Assembly (NCBI GenBank): GCA_021613535.1 | Contig: CP075492.1 | Location: 2,232,001-2,296,000 of the forward strand | Length of the DNA: 64,000 nt | Direction of reading: 5' to 3' | Origin: Adineta vaga | Lineage: Eukaryota > Animalia > Rotifera | Shown here: one piece after another, positions 1-12,159 of the stretch | How positions within the stretch are numbered: position 1 is the stretch's first letter | How the letters are laid out: the number at the start of each line of letters is the position of its first letter | Program-made: the position numbers and the translations under genes | Notes under the pieces: generated by a model | Told to the model about the DNA's origin: nothing | The model's input: only the letters and a program-made list of their open reading frames with translations | Databases searched by the model: none

Positions 1-577
1 ATAGAAAGACCAATTGTACTTAAAATTAGAATCAATAGATAAATAATTGAAAAGTATCTAATATTATTAATTTTATCTTTTGAATTCAAAAGCATATTTT
101 AATCAAATAAAATGAGAAAAAAAGAAATGATGGTTCATTTATATGCTAAGAAACGTGTATGAACATTTAGTTTTTGTTTAGCTATTTCCATTAATCGATG
201 CATAGTATGAGCCGAATAGTATTTTCCATTCAGTTGGGTTTGAGTTAATGGATTTTGAATAGCTTCAATACATTCATCTGATGTATCAAGATTATCGACA
301 CGTAAAAATTTTTATTTCATCATTGGGGCATAATCCATTGTTAAGCGATACAGTACTTTTGTTCGTTATTAGATTTTCAGATATATAAAAGATTCGTATA
401 AGAGATTGATTAATCTTGAACATTTTAGCTAAATATGTAACACCTTTCATCTGTAATTCTATTTGCTTGAAGATCAAGTTATGTTAATGTTCCATTGTGA
501 ATTAATGCTTCAACAGAAATCTTAGAATTGGTAAGTAAGATCTTGAAAAGACTAAAGCGACATTATTAATATATAAA

Positions 578-678
578 GGGTGGGTGTGGGTGTGGGTGTG
601 GGTGTGGGTGTGGGTGTGGGTGTGGGTGTGGGTGTGGGTGTGCGCACTACATCTATCTAACACCCGTACCCTTCTTGA
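578..678. repeat. Interstitial (TGTGGG)n tract, ~10 units, forming the expanded left arm of a telomeric-hairpin element
   Basis: Tandem GGGTGT 578-641, then the core CTACATCTATCTAACAC shared with the copies at 785-832 and 61704-61770 (reverse complement), then a degenerate right arm. Confidence 0.85.
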
Positions 679-784
679 TCGACATGTAAACAACTGAAAA
701 TTGTTTTCTCATCTTTAACATCGTTGGTAACATCGTTTGCTAGTGGTGATGCTTATTCGATAATAGAGTTTTTAGAAGGAATGC

Positions 785-832
785 GGGGTGTGGGTGTGGG
801 TACTATATCTATCTAACACTCACCCTCAAGAT
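785..832. mobile_element. Telomeric-hairpin MITE-like element
   Basis: GGGGTGTGGGTGTGGG-TACTATATCTATCTAACAC-TCACCCTCAAGAT. Confidence 0.7.
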
Positions 833-1007
833 ATATCCACTCGCCTGACATCACTTAAATTTTTATTCAAACATATTCTTAATACTTTCATAGTATTAAA
901 TAGTAAAATATAATATAAGTACTACTCATACAGAACAAAATCATTCAGACAAAACTTAGAAGCAGAGTTCAAGAATATGTTATTGTCCGCGGTTTATTGA
1001 GACTGCG

Positions 1008-1969
1008 TTACCCATCGACTAGATTATCGATTTGATTTTTCTGTCGACAAAATAATATTCGCTTTTTGGTTGCTCGACGAAATTTCGGTGATGAAATGAA
1101 AAACACATAACAAGTTCCCTACAATAGAAATCCTTCATCAAGGTTCTATAAAATCAATATCATACCGCATAGTAACCATAATTCCACAAAGTAAGTAACG
1201 TAGCGACGAAACTCTCATGTTTAAGCCGAGTTGCATCTTTCGTTTGATTTTTTGTAATATAAATATATGTAACAATAACTCCATATGGAATTAAACAGAC
1301 ATTCACCAGAATAACTTGAAATAATGTCATTCGTACTACCTGCTGGTCAGCATGTTTATTGACAAGAGCTCGGATCGAATGAATATTTCGATAAGTCAAA
1401 TATCCAAATAAAAGCGTCATTATAATTGGAATAACAGCCAGTAAACCAAGAAGAAATACCGATCTGTACTTCACAAAGTAGCTATACGTGATTTCACACT
1501 TTCCTGTCGTAGGCAAAATTTCATAAGACAACGCTGCAGGAATTCCTTGAAGATTCGATATAATTATCATAATGAGAACGAAACGGTGTGCCCATCGAAT
1601 ATTGCTTAAACGCCGTAGTTTTACATGACGTGATGTGACCAGAAACTGATCGATCATTGCCATACACGGACATGTTACTACAATCATAGAGAGAGTATAG
1701 AGTAAATAGTTTCTTGCCTTACACCAATGTGTCGATATTTGTGTTACATCGATGTTAAAACCGAAAGCAATACGAGTAGAAAGATTAATCATAAGGAAAG
1801 CAGTGTTGAAAATAGAAGCAATAAGAAAATAAAATGTGGCAGGATTTGTACGATAAGAACGAACAATTGAAAATATGTAAACATTTATAGTATTTCCTAA
1901 GACACCAGTGATGAGAAGACAGAAACCACCATAAATTGTAATTTGTTGAGCAATGTAAATCAATGACAT
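1008..1969 (-). CDS. Divergent rhodopsin-like 7TM GPCR, 2 exons (1969-1166, 1118-1008)
   Basis: TM1 'GVLGNTINVYIF', 'WCKARNY', TM3 'AMIDQF', several hydrophobic helices. A GT..AG intron at 1165-1119 joins to 'GTCYVFFISSPKFRR...', giving TM7/helix 8 and a stop at 1008-1010. Confidence 0.85.
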
Positions 1970-2456
1970 ATCTTTACTTTAGATAAATCCACAAATCGAT
2001 TGGTAAAGTCAAAAAAAACCTTATTCTGGTTGAAGAAAGTTCTCAATAAATATTCTTTGATAATTTGAAACTTTAATTGCATATCATAATGAAAAAGAAA
2101 GCTTAGAAAATCTCTATTTAAAGATTATCATCAATTATTTTATAGCAAAATAATAATATGTCATGCATTCGCTGTAGGCAATTACTTTCTTTATTTATTG
2201 ACTTAAAGACATAATTACTTTCTTGTCAGTTCAGTCACGAAGAACATACTTATATGTATGTATTCAAGCACTATTTTTACTAATTGTTTCAGTAACTAGA
2301 GGAAGGAATTATGTTGATCTATTTTAAGAATTACATGACTTTGTTCTTCAAAATAGTTATTTGAACCCTTCAGATTGTCTTTGTCAAATGAATCACTGCT
2401 TTTTTTGCATAAAAGAACACCGATATTTTACCAAACTTTTCCTAACTGTGCATTCA

Positions 2457-2514
2457 TTGAGGGATGTGGGGGTGTGGGTAAAGCAGATAGACACCCACAC
2501 CCACACCCTCAAGA
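2457..2514. mobile_element. Telomeric-hairpin MITE-like element at the 5' break of the PKD-like remnant
   Basis: TTGAGGGATGTGGGGGTGTGGG...CACCCACACCCACACCCTCAAGA. Confidence 0.75.
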
Positions 2515-2520
2515 ATTTGA

Positions 2521-4644
2521 ATCTGAAATAAGTCAAAATACATTTGATATTCAACTAAATGATCAACCAAAAAATGGATTTGGTTCAATTGAACCATTAA
2601 AAGGAACAATTTTAACATTATTTACAATTAATTGTACAAATTGGTTTGATCAAGATGAAATAAAAGATTATTTAATTTATGGTATTTCATTCAAAAGAAA
2701 TAAACGAATTTTACTTGCTTATTCAACAAATTCAATAATTTGTCTTCGATTACCTACGAATGTTCATTTAATTGTTCAAATTCGTAATACGTTTGATTGT
2801 TCAACTGAATTTCCTTTATCATCAGTAACAATCGATTCAAACTCTTCGTTAATCTCAAAATTAATCGATATATTATATCAACTTCCACCTAAAGAACAAA
2901 ATCCAATAGGGTAAATTATTATGTATTTTTTAGATTGTAAATAATTTCGATATGAAATTATTAAATGAACATGCAAATATTCGTGAACAATTAATGAAAA
3001 TAGTAAATAATTTTACAATAACTACATTGAATGATATAAAATATCATTCATCAATTCTTTCAATTTTAACTGAAACAACAAGTGAATTAACACGAAAAAC
3101 TTCTGTAATATAAATGGGCTTTTTTTTCTCTCCTCATTTTATCGATATTATTATTTCTAGATAAATACATTGAATAAAAGTTCTCAATTATCTAATTATC
3201 TTAAATCTACTGAAAATCAATTTTCATATGAAGATACTCTATTTATTGCTACACAAATCATTCAATGTGTTACTCATATTCATACGGTGAACGAATTTCT
3301 AGTATATTATTGAATATTTTGTGAAATACAATCTAAAAGAGAGTATATTCAAGTTTTTATAGGCATCCTTCCTTCCCCTCTACAGAATCTATATGTATGT
3401 TGCAGGATAGATGAAAATTCATTGTGTTTTAACATTTTTAATCCCACGGAGATTACGGTAACAGTTTTATTTTGATTTTTCTAAAGAGTCTAAATGGTCC
3501 ATTACAAAAACGTATGGAATTTCTTCAATCTGATTTACCTGAAATAAATGACGATAATGATTTCTATTCTACAGATAATTATTGAAATTTATATTTCTGA
3601 TTTCTAAATTTATTTCTAAAATAGATTTAATAGAAGAAAATAATCGAAATATGTATTATCAACAACAATTAGTATGTAAATCTCTACTTTTTATTATTGT
3701 CTAACGATTTACTTATTTTAAATTCCTGTAGACAAATGAAATGACATATAAAATCAATGATATTATTTCATCTATAACATCATCATTAAATATTCATTTA
3801 CATTTGAATCAATCATTGATTATAAATACGTCATCTGTATTATTTACATTAGAAAAATTTTCAAGTGGATTGAATAATAAATATCAAATGAATTTTTCAT
3901 CAAATTCAATAATTCTTATTCAAACACTGATACAACCATTAGCTTCATTTGGAAATAATTTCTCTTATACAAATTTATCATGATCATTTTCTTTAACAAT
4001 TTTTAATGAAACGCAAATAAATCCAATTGAATTTTTTATTCCACGAGATCCAAATTTTCCTCTCCCATCAATGTTTTATCCAAATATAACAAAACTTAAT
4101 GAAAAATATCGCCAATTTCATTATTATTTATATAATTTAACAGAAAATTATTCAATTCATTTTGAAATTTATCCATTGTCACTAAATATTTCATATTTAT
4201 TAATTTATCAATTTGATACAAAACCAAATTTAAATTCAATTTATCAAAATTGGATTTTATTTTGTCCTTCAAGTAAAGTTTAAACATATCTTTTTTTTTC
4301 GAAAAATATTTTATCATAAAATTTTATATTTAGATTTAACAATTGATGATATTTATCTTCATTTTATAAATAATTCTCAAACATTAAATCATCATTCAAT
4401 TATTTATGGAATTCGTGAATTAACAACAATAGATATCAATGAATATTGTTTGAATGAAAAAAATTTTTATCCAAATTCATCAATGATTAATCAACCAAGA
4501 AAATTCTTATCAAATTATGGAGTTCGTCTTTATAAATCTGCTTGTTTATATTTAGATGCGAATAATAATTGGAAATCCGATGGTTTAATAGTTGGACCAT
4601 TAACGAATCATTATCAAACACAATGTTTTTCAACATATTTATAG
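2521..4644 (+). pseudogene. Polycystin-1/REJ-like gene remnant (REJ, GAIN, GPS exons)
   Basis: REJ-like 'NGFGSIEPLKGT..FTINCTNWFD', 'IEFFIPRDPN' and GPS 'CLYLDANNNWKSDG...TQCFSTYL'. In-frame TGA at 3981-3983; stops right after the GPS with no TM/PLAT exons visible. Confidence 0.7.
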
Positions 4645-5251
4645 ATACTTCGAATTTTCTTTTAATATCAATGATTAGAAAGTTCTTCAATATAATCAAA
4701 GTATTGAATAACTTATCCTTTCACAAAATTCATGATACAATGTAAAATTTTACTTTTGTGTGACTATAGAAAGCTGAACATTATAGAAGATATCTTATAT
4801 GCCGAATAGATACCGAATTCAGATTGGATAGTAATTAAAAAAGTTTCTACTTATGCTCTAACTGAATAGATAAGATCAGATACATACAGAGGAGTGACGA
4901 AAGCAATGCAAACATTTATCGACGTTATTTAAAATTAATTTTATAATATTCTTAACGAAGTATACATCTAATTCATTATATCTCACAATATTGTTTTCAA
5001 AATGCATTACGTTGTACATTAAACGATTTAGAAAAATATAAAAGCCTGCTGTAAATAAACTAATAGACAGGTGTGTGGATGAGGAACTTGTGAAGTATAA
5101 CTTCGCTTATACTTACGCTCTAATCCTGCTTACCTTCATTAAACGCCGATGACGACTCATCATCATTAGTTACATATATATTGATTGACGATGAGTATTA
5201 TTGGCAATATGCCACATAGCACGAATGACAAAAATGGATCAAATCGTAGAA

Positions 5252-5318
5252 AGGGTGAGAGCGTGGGTGTGAGTCTGAATACAACACAGATATCCACCCA
5301 CGCCTATATCCTCGAGAT
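5252..5318. mobile_element. Degenerate telomeric-hairpin element
   Basis: AGGGTGAGAGCGTGGGTGTG...CACCCACGCC..TCCTCGAGAT. Confidence 0.55.
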
Positions 5319-6115
5319 TTAATTTAATTTTAGGTTAAAAAACATAAATTAACTTTGGATTCGGAAACGCCCTCAATATAGTCTTATTCATGTATATGGA
5401 ATCTTTTTTTTCAAAAACCTTACAGAAGTGCTTGACAGATGAATATAATTATTCATCAGCCGATAAACATCTTAACCTATTTGACAGCTCGCTTTGAATA
5501 AACAACTGTCTTTTCTCATTACTTTTTATGAATCATTCACCATTTGTCAGTATAATGAAATTCATTGATGTTTTGATTGTATTGATGTATAGTCAAATGC
5601 GTGCATATGTATGACACTGCGCCAATAGAATGGTTTTGTAAAAAGAGCACAATCCGTTTTAAGACAAGAAAAAGAAGATGACGCTTGTGAATCATATAGT
5701 TGTGCTTGAAGCATGATACGGTTTATAGTCTTTGCATTCTGATGTGGAAACCTATCATATTTGTTGTTGTCGTCAACAAGGAATAAGTAGAGTATATTTT
5801 TAATTTGTAGAATTAAAGGTTGTGAAGACTTCAGAAAAAATAAGGATAACTAGTTCAAAATATTTAATGATAGAGCATACGGATTAAGAATAGAATAGAG
5901 TAAGTAAACATGGTGAATATGTGAGAAAAGAAAACAAAAAACTTTAGAATATAAGAGAAAGACGCTAACTACTGGATGGTGTCTTTTAGTGTTGGTAAAA
6001 ATTGATGATACTCTTGAATATTCAGTATAGACTGACTTTTCTGCCATAAATTCTATGGAGAAAAAAATACGATATGCTATCGAACGAGACGATATAATGC
6101 TACAACTTACTTCGT

Positions 6116-6436
6116 TCATTTCTCCTCTACGGCATCAACACAAGCACCTTCACGAGGGGAAACACCATTTTCATAATAACTAGTAACCTTGCAACGACCA
6201 CTACAACAAGCACCATCAAAAGTACAAGTATTATCACGAGAAAAATAACCACTACCAAAGCGAACACCATGATTACGTTTGTCTACGATCGCTCGAAGAA
6301 GATTCTTGAGGAGAGCTCGTCGTTCATTTGCCAGACTAATATCTTTGAAGTCTTCTTTGATGTATCGTTCTGTATAGCATGTTGCCAAAAATCCAGAGAT
6401 AAGAACTAAATAGAGCACTAATTTGGTATTGCCCAT
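6116..6436 (-). CDS. Secreted Cys-rich prepropeptide (knottin/defensin-like)
   Basis: Hydrophobic signal peptide, pro-region ending in dibasic KR, mature part with C-x5-CC-x3-C-x16-C. Confidence 0.7.
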   Translation of the reverse strand: MGNTKLVLYLVLISGFLATCYTERYIKEDFKDISLANERRALLKNLLRAIVDKRNHGVRFGSGYFSRDNTCTFDGACCSGRCKVTSYYENGVSPREGACVDAVEEK

Positions 6437-6858
6437 CTCGTACTGTATATTTTTCTATATATGCGAGTGTCGAGATTGAATTAAAGAATTCTCTTCTGTT
6501 TTCTTTGTGTTCAAGGTACTCCAAGTTATATAATAGAAAATGATAGAGTATATGTTTAAAAAAGAAGTGTGTATTTGATAAATTAGTGTCTTGAAGTAAA
6601 AATTATAATAAATGATTCACTATCCAATAATTAAAGCATCATAACAGAAAACCTTTCTCGTTGTATTAAATGAATGAACTTTCGTCGACTGATCTATAGC
6701 TTCGAAATGAAGCATAGCCTATTTCTTGAAAATTCATTTCCAATTGTTCTCACACCCTATGTACGCAACTCTAATACGAGAGAATGTCCATATAAACGTC
6801 ATCAAGTATTCTTTTTATATGAATTTGTTTTTAATCTCCAACAGATACAAAAAAAAAG

Positions 6859-9801
6859 TTATAATTTCTTTTTGACAGACTCAATATGCGTGTTTACAAT
6901 CGATAAATGAGGATGATCTACAGGCAATGAATGTTGTAGTATTTCAAGACCACGTTCAAGATATGAGAGTGCTTTTGAGTAATCCTCTATTTCGAAGTAC
7001 ATCCCTCCGATGCCCAGATAAGAATTAGCCAAGTCAGAAGAATTTGAAGGAAGAATCTGCTGCTTCATTTCGAGTGCCTTTTCACAATGTGACAGCGCTG
7101 TCGAGTATTTACCCATGGTCCAGTACATTAAACCAATGTTGTTATAATAAGAAGACAACTGAGAATAATCTGAAGGAAAAGCTTTTTGTAGAATTTCAAG
7201 TCCTTTTTCATAGTACGAAAGTGCTTTTAAGCTATCACCCATCTTTTTATTCACATCGCCAATGTTATTATGCAAAGTACCCAAATCAGGATGGTTGCTA
7301 GGAAGAATGTTTTGTTGAATTTCAAGTGCTTTTTCATAATATGAAAGCGCTGTCGAGTATTCATCTATGCTAGAATACACTGCTCCAATGTTGTTATATG
7401 AAGTACCCAAATCAGGATGATTGTTAGGAAGAGTGTTTCGTCGAATTTCAAGTGCTTTTTCGAAAAATGAAAGCGCTGTCGAGTATTCGCCTATGCTACA
7501 ATACACTGCTCCGATGTTGTTATATGAATTGCCCAAATCAGAATGATTGTTAGGAAGAATATTTTGTTGAATTTCAAGTGCTTTTTCGAGAAATGAAAGC
7601 GCTTTGGTGTATTCGCCCATATTGTCGTACACCGAACTATAACCAAGGTAACAAGTAACTAAATCTCGGCGATTTGAGGAGAGAGAATTTTTACTGATTT
7701 CGAATGCTTTTTCATAATATGAAAGCGCTGTCGAGTATTCACCCATGTTATTATACGTCAAACCGATGTTGCTGTAAGAAGTACTTAGATGAGGATGATC
7801 TGAAGGAAGAACTTTTTGTTGGATTTCAAGTGCTTTTTCATAGTACGAAAGTGCTTTTGAATATTCACCCATCTGGTGATGAACATTACCGATGTTGTCA
7901 TAACAAACAGTTAAATCTGGATGATTTGGAGGCAGAGTTTTGTGATAGATTTCAAGTACTTTTTCGAAATATGAAAGAGTTTTTGAGTATTGACCCATCT
8001 TCAAGTATACTATACTAATATTGTTGTAAGAACAAGCCAAATCAGGATGATTTGAAGGTAGAACTTGATGATCGATTTCAAGTGCTTTTTCATAGTACAA
8101 AAGTGCTTTTGAATATTCACCCATATTAGTATACACTGAACCATAACAGGCGTAACAGAAGCCTAATTTTGGATGATTTGGAGGAAGAATTTCTTGATAG
8201 ATTTCAAGTGCTTTTTCATAATATAAGAGTGCTTTGGAGTATTCATCCATGTTAACATAAGCTGAGCCAATTCCACAAGATGAAATAGCTAAATTGTATG
8301 CACTAAAAGACGGTGATTTGTCATAAATTTCAAGTGCAGCTTGATAAAATGTAGTTGCTTCTTCATATTGTCCTTGTTTATTTTTGATAGTTCCTAACAT
8401 ATGATACAAATGTGCTTTGTCATTTTCATCAGTTGTCTGTTGAAGCATAATGTTATATAACTCTTCAGCTTTATCATATTCACTTAGATTTACCATTAAT
8501 TGGCTAAGTCGAAGCCAACCTGTAGATCTTTGAGTTTCTTCACGTATGCATTCAGTTAAAGCGTTTAGCTCACGATCATTATCACTAGTTAATGTTAAAT
8601 CTACTTGACAAATTCGATCATATCCTTCGATTTGTTTTATCTGCTCAATGCGAAAAACGGAATGCATAGAGAATAAAATTTCATCTTCTTGTTGAAAACA
8701 ACTGACATCGCGAACGTTAGCAAACGGTGCCGAAGATATCAAAGGATTAACAGTGATATGAAAGAGAATACCTATCAGCTTCGAATCATTCGCGCTACTT
8801 TCGGCATACATAAGAGATACTGCTTGATCAAAACTTGTCGACAGGAAATTATTAAACGACATCAATCCACCTTTGGTTTCCATTAATTGTTCAAAGTCTG
8901 TTTTAGGCAAACCTTGGCCACGATATACAATAATCAAGTCGGAGTGATGATGTTCAGTGAACTGTTCTGAATGAAGTTCAACAATATGTTGATGAACATC
9001 GCTTATGAAAAATCCCATTTTAATAATGAGATCTACTTCCATAGTGCGCAATGCTCTATTGACCATCGAATATAGAAAACTATCAGATGTATACCACCAT
9101 ATAGGACGATAGTGATAGTATTCATTTTCAATCTTTTCGATATTTTTCAATTGGGCATCATTTTCAACGAACTCTTCACGATAATACGTCAGAAAATCTC
9201 TAATATGTGTTTGATCAAAGTCAATTGTAAGTAAAATTTCTTTCAATAATTGAGTATACATAAAGGATTGATTGAGTTGATCGAGATTTGGTTTAGAATC
9301 TTCATCAGTTATCTTGATAAAACTGATAGAAACTGCATTTTGATCGCAACGAAGAGCGTCATGTTTGAGTGCTTTACAGATCGATGTAATATCTGTGAAA
9401 GCATCTTTTACCTTGAAATATTGTTCCGGCCATTTTTCGTGTTGCGTCTTATTATCAGAAAAGATATAAATGCAACTAATTTGATCAATGTCTTGAATCA
9501 AGGGAATAATAGTTTGGCTGAATAGTTCAGAAACAATCATAAATACCATTTCTTCTTTAATGTTGGTAACGAAATTCATGCATTCATCGCTATCAGTAAA
9601 TGTATAGACATCGTTCACTATTTGCCGTAATTGACTAACGATGTTGTGATAATCATCATTGTTATTGATTTCATCGATGTTTTCATCTAGTAAAACAAGC
9701 ACAAAGTTTTGGATTCTTCGAATATTTGTCGATCGACGTGATCTTATCCTAGAAGAGTCCCTTGACACAGCAGTAGGTGATGACTTCTTGTGTTGATCCA
9801 T
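6859..9801 (-). CDS. ADP-ribosyltransferase (R-S-E type) plus TPR-repeat protein, 980 aa, single ORF
   Basis: 'YTSDSFLYSMVNRALR', 'VYRGQG', 'FLSTS', 'EDEILF' (R-STS-ExE), followed by ~12 42-aa kinesin-light-chain-type TPRs ('YSKALSYYEKALEI..LP.NHPDL'). Confidence 0.92.
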   Translation of the reverse strand: MDQHKKSSPTAVSRDSSRIRSRRSTNIRRIQNFVLVLLDENIDEINNNDDYHNIVSQLRQIVNDVYTFTDSDECMNFVTNIKEEMVFMIVSELFSQTIIPLIQDIDQISCIYIFSDNKTQHEKWPEQYFKVKDAFTDITSICKALKHDALRCDQNAVSISFIKITDEDSKPNLDQLNQSFMYTQLLKEILLTIDFDQTHIRDFLTYYREEFVENDAQLKNIEKIENEYYHYRPIWWYTSDSFLYSMVNRALRTMEVDLIIKMGFFISDVHQHIVELHSEQFTEHHHSDLIIVYRGQGLPKTDFEQLMETKGGLMSFNNFLSTSFDQAVSLMYAESSANDSKLIGILFHITVNPLISSAPFANVRDVSCFQQEDEILFSMHSVFRIEQIKQIEGYDRICQVDLTLTSDNDRELNALTECIREETQRSTGWLRLSQLMVNLSEYDKAEELYNIMLQQTTDENDKAHLYHMLGTIKNKQGQYEEATTFYQAALEIYDKSPSFSAYNLAISSCGIGSAYVNMDEYSKALLYYEKALEIYQEILPPNHPKLGFCYACYGSVYTNMGEYSKALLYYEKALEIDHQVLPSNHPDLACSYNNISIVYLKMGQYSKTLSYFEKVLEIYHKTLPPNHPDLTVCYDNIGNVHHQMGEYSKALSYYEKALEIQQKVLPSDHPHLSTSYSNIGLTYNNMGEYSTALSYYEKAFEISKNSLSSNRRDLVTCYLGYSSVYDNMGEYTKALSFLEKALEIQQNILPNNHSDLGNSYNNIGAVYCSIGEYSTALSFFEKALEIRRNTLPNNHPDLGTSYNNIGAVYSSIDEYSTALSYYEKALEIQQNILPSNHPDLGTLHNNIGDVNKKMGDSLKALSYYEKGLEILQKAFPSDYSQLSSYYNNIGLMYWTMGKYSTALSHCEKALEMKQQILPSNSSDLANSYLGIGGMYFEIEDYSKALSYLERGLEILQHSLPVDHPHLSIVNTHIESVKKKL

Positions 9802-10185
9802 AACTGCTTTATCTAGATCTATTAAAACAAAAGATTTGCGTTAATAATAGTAGTCTTGATCCTTTCTTAATACGTAGGCATGTACCGAACCCGAACAGTT
9901 CGATTTCGTTTTAAAAGTTTGAACTTGGAATCTTTATGATTCTATCATTCTGTGTGATTATAGAATTAGAGCTCAGACTTAATGGAAGTTTCTGTGGAAG
10001 TTGCGTCGATTAAAAGTATAAAGTTTTGTGACAGATATATGTCGAAGTTTTGAATAACTTCGATAAATGCACAACTGCAATGATGACAAAATTGTTCCAT
10101 GAAAGGAGCAATAGTAGAAATTTATATTTATCTTCGAGTCTTTTAGCACTATGTTATATTTTGTGAACTATTATTTAACTTATCC

Positions 10186-10238
10186 ATCTTGAGGGTGTGA
10201 GTGTGAATACTCCTATCGTCTGTCACTCACACCCTACA
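10186..10238. mobile_element. Telomeric-hairpin MITE-like element
   Basis: ATCTTGAGGGTGTGAGTG...CACTCACACCCT. Confidence 0.7.
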
Positions 10239-10714
10239 AAAATATTTATCGGAGGAGAGGGAGAGGCAAAGTACTTCTTGTTCTCCGTTAGATGAAACAC
10301 TATCACCGATTAAGATTACAGATTATACATATTTTACTTTAGTTCGGTATGTCTAATATTTGAAATATTTAATTTCTAGTTATGAATCATTTTAACAAAC
10401 TATACTTACCACCGGCAAAAATATCAAAGGTTTGACGATGTGTAAGCGTCGGTATCATTTAATATATACGCGATATGATAACGTTTTTTTTTGCTTTATC
10501 AAAATATTCGTTTATGATCTTTCCACGGTGAAAATATTTTTCCTTTCTTCTTTTGGTTTTCGCCTCATGTGTCTTGGTGGATTTTTTTCACACTAAAGAT
10601 TTGATATCTGAAGACTGTATATATTACAAAGATAAAATATTTAAAGTGTAAAGAAAAGGATGGCGAGTCATCAATTGAAAAACAGATCGATTCTATCTTT
10701 TGACGACAAGTACA

Positions 10715-10775
10715 ATCTTGAGAGTATAGGTGTGGGTTAAGAGTATAGCCTCATGTACACTCATACTCTCAAGAT
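10715..10775. mobile_element. Telomeric-hairpin MITE-like element with perfect 13-bp terminal inverted repeats
   Basis: ATCTTGAGAGTAT...ATACTCTCAAGAT. Confidence 0.75.
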
Positions 10776-11223
10776 CTTCTATTGCTCAAGACAATATACG
10801 TATTGTCAATGCCATTTGTTGATTCATAGACTTTGATGTATTTTTAACCAGCATTACTATAGCCCTTATACTTACATGGGTAGAATGAGTTAAAGAACCA
10901 TCTAAATTGAATTATTCTTTTCGTAGTGCTTTTTACTTTCTTTCTTTCTACGTTATCATGCACGAGTCACGCACTTTTGTGACTTGCATTTTTCTACATG
11001 TGCCATCAACGACACAAAAGTACGTGTCTATAACAACGAACCGCAGAACTGAAAGGACTATTAAAGGTGAGGAGCGTCACCCGGCTCGTTCTCTTTCTTA
11101 CTCATTCTGATATTATAAAATGCCTACTAGATTTATTCTATTTTTTAACACTTTACTTACACTCATTGTCAATCTTAAGTGGATTTATTCGTCAACGCCT
11201 ATTATTAAACTTAGATTTTTGGA

Positions 11224-11850
11224 ATGGCTGTTAACTCTATAAATTATGCTACTATGTATTCATCTGATATTTTCGATCCAATAATTTTGCTGCCACCAAA
11301 AGAAAATCCAAATTGTTTTCAAAAATTTCTTCATTCAAAATATTTCAAATATATAAAGAAAATTTTATTTGCAGTCTTTATACTTAATGTGATGGTATGG
11401 GGTAATATGTTACTTTTCATTTCAGTTGGTGCAGCAAATAAAACAATACCTGACGAACATACACGAAAGATATGGATTGAAATTTGTTTTCAAATTGTTA
11501 ATGGTCTTCTTTTTATAATGATTGTTGGTTATACTCCTCAGCGAATACGTGATGTTTATCAATTTTATAGTGCAAAACGCCAATCTACACTTCAACGTCA
11601 TAAATATACAAATAATCTCATATTGCTTCAGTTTATTCTTTGGAGTTTAATAGCAAATTCTATATTTCAAGTAGCTGTAGCTATTTGTATGTGGTCAATG
11701 GATATGTATAAAAGACCGATGTGGTTAGTAAGTATTTTTGGTGGACTCGGTTTAGTTTCAGGTGTATTTGCCGGTTTGGCACAATTTATATTAAAAAGAA
11801 TAGCAAAAAACAAAGCAAAAACGGAACAACAGTTTAATGGTATTGTTTAA
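11224..11850 (+). CDS. Intronless 4-TM membrane protein, DUF2985-like
   Basis: 'VMVWG.MLL' and 'RKIWIEICFQIVNGL...PQRIRD' resemble the plant/fungal DUF2985 pattern; four hydrophobic segments. Confidence 0.55.
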   Translation: MAVNSINYATMYSSDIFDPIILLPPKENPNCFQKFLHSKYFKYIKKILFAVFILNVMVWGNMLLFISVGAANKTIPDEHTRKIWIEICFQIVNGLLFIMIVGYTPQRIRDVYQFYSAKRQSTLQRHKYTNNLILLQFILWSLIANSIFQVAVAICMWSMDMYKRPMWLVSIFGGLGLVSGVFAGLAQFILKRIAKNKAKTEQQFNGIV

Positions 11851-11963
11851 ATCTTTCATTTATTCATTCTGTATATTTTCGTACTGTACAATATTTAAAA
11901 TAAATAATCTTTTCAATTAGAAAAAGAATTTGGCGTAGATAATTATTCATGATATTCATCTCT

Positions 11964-12036
11964 ATCTTGAGGGTGTGGGTGTGGATAGTAATTATATTAA
12001 CACATGAGTCTTACCCACACCCACATCCTCTCTCAA
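11964..12036. mobile_element. Telomeric-hairpin MITE-like element
   Basis: ATCTTGAGGGTGTGGGTGTGG...CCCACACCCACATCCTC. Confidence 0.75.
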
Positions 12037-12159
12037 TGTTTTGTGCTCATTAATTTATTTCTTTATTTGAAAAAAAGTAAGAGAGTATATGAACGTATGT
12101 TCTGAATTAAAATAAATATTTAGTAATTGTAGATATTGCTAGCAAACATTATGGATCTC

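Noticed and set aside
578-641. Actual chromosome end
   Set aside because: Short tract with unique sequence on both sides, followed by the hairpin-family core.
502-693. ORF with (HT)n, and similar HP/GV-repeat ORFs (46446, 63750)
   Set aside because: Translations of telomeric-repeat hairpins.
7044-9525. Plus-strand ORFs inside the ART-TPR gene, and those opposite the Kelch and FG-GAP genes
   Set aside because: Antisense shadows of repetitive coding sequence.
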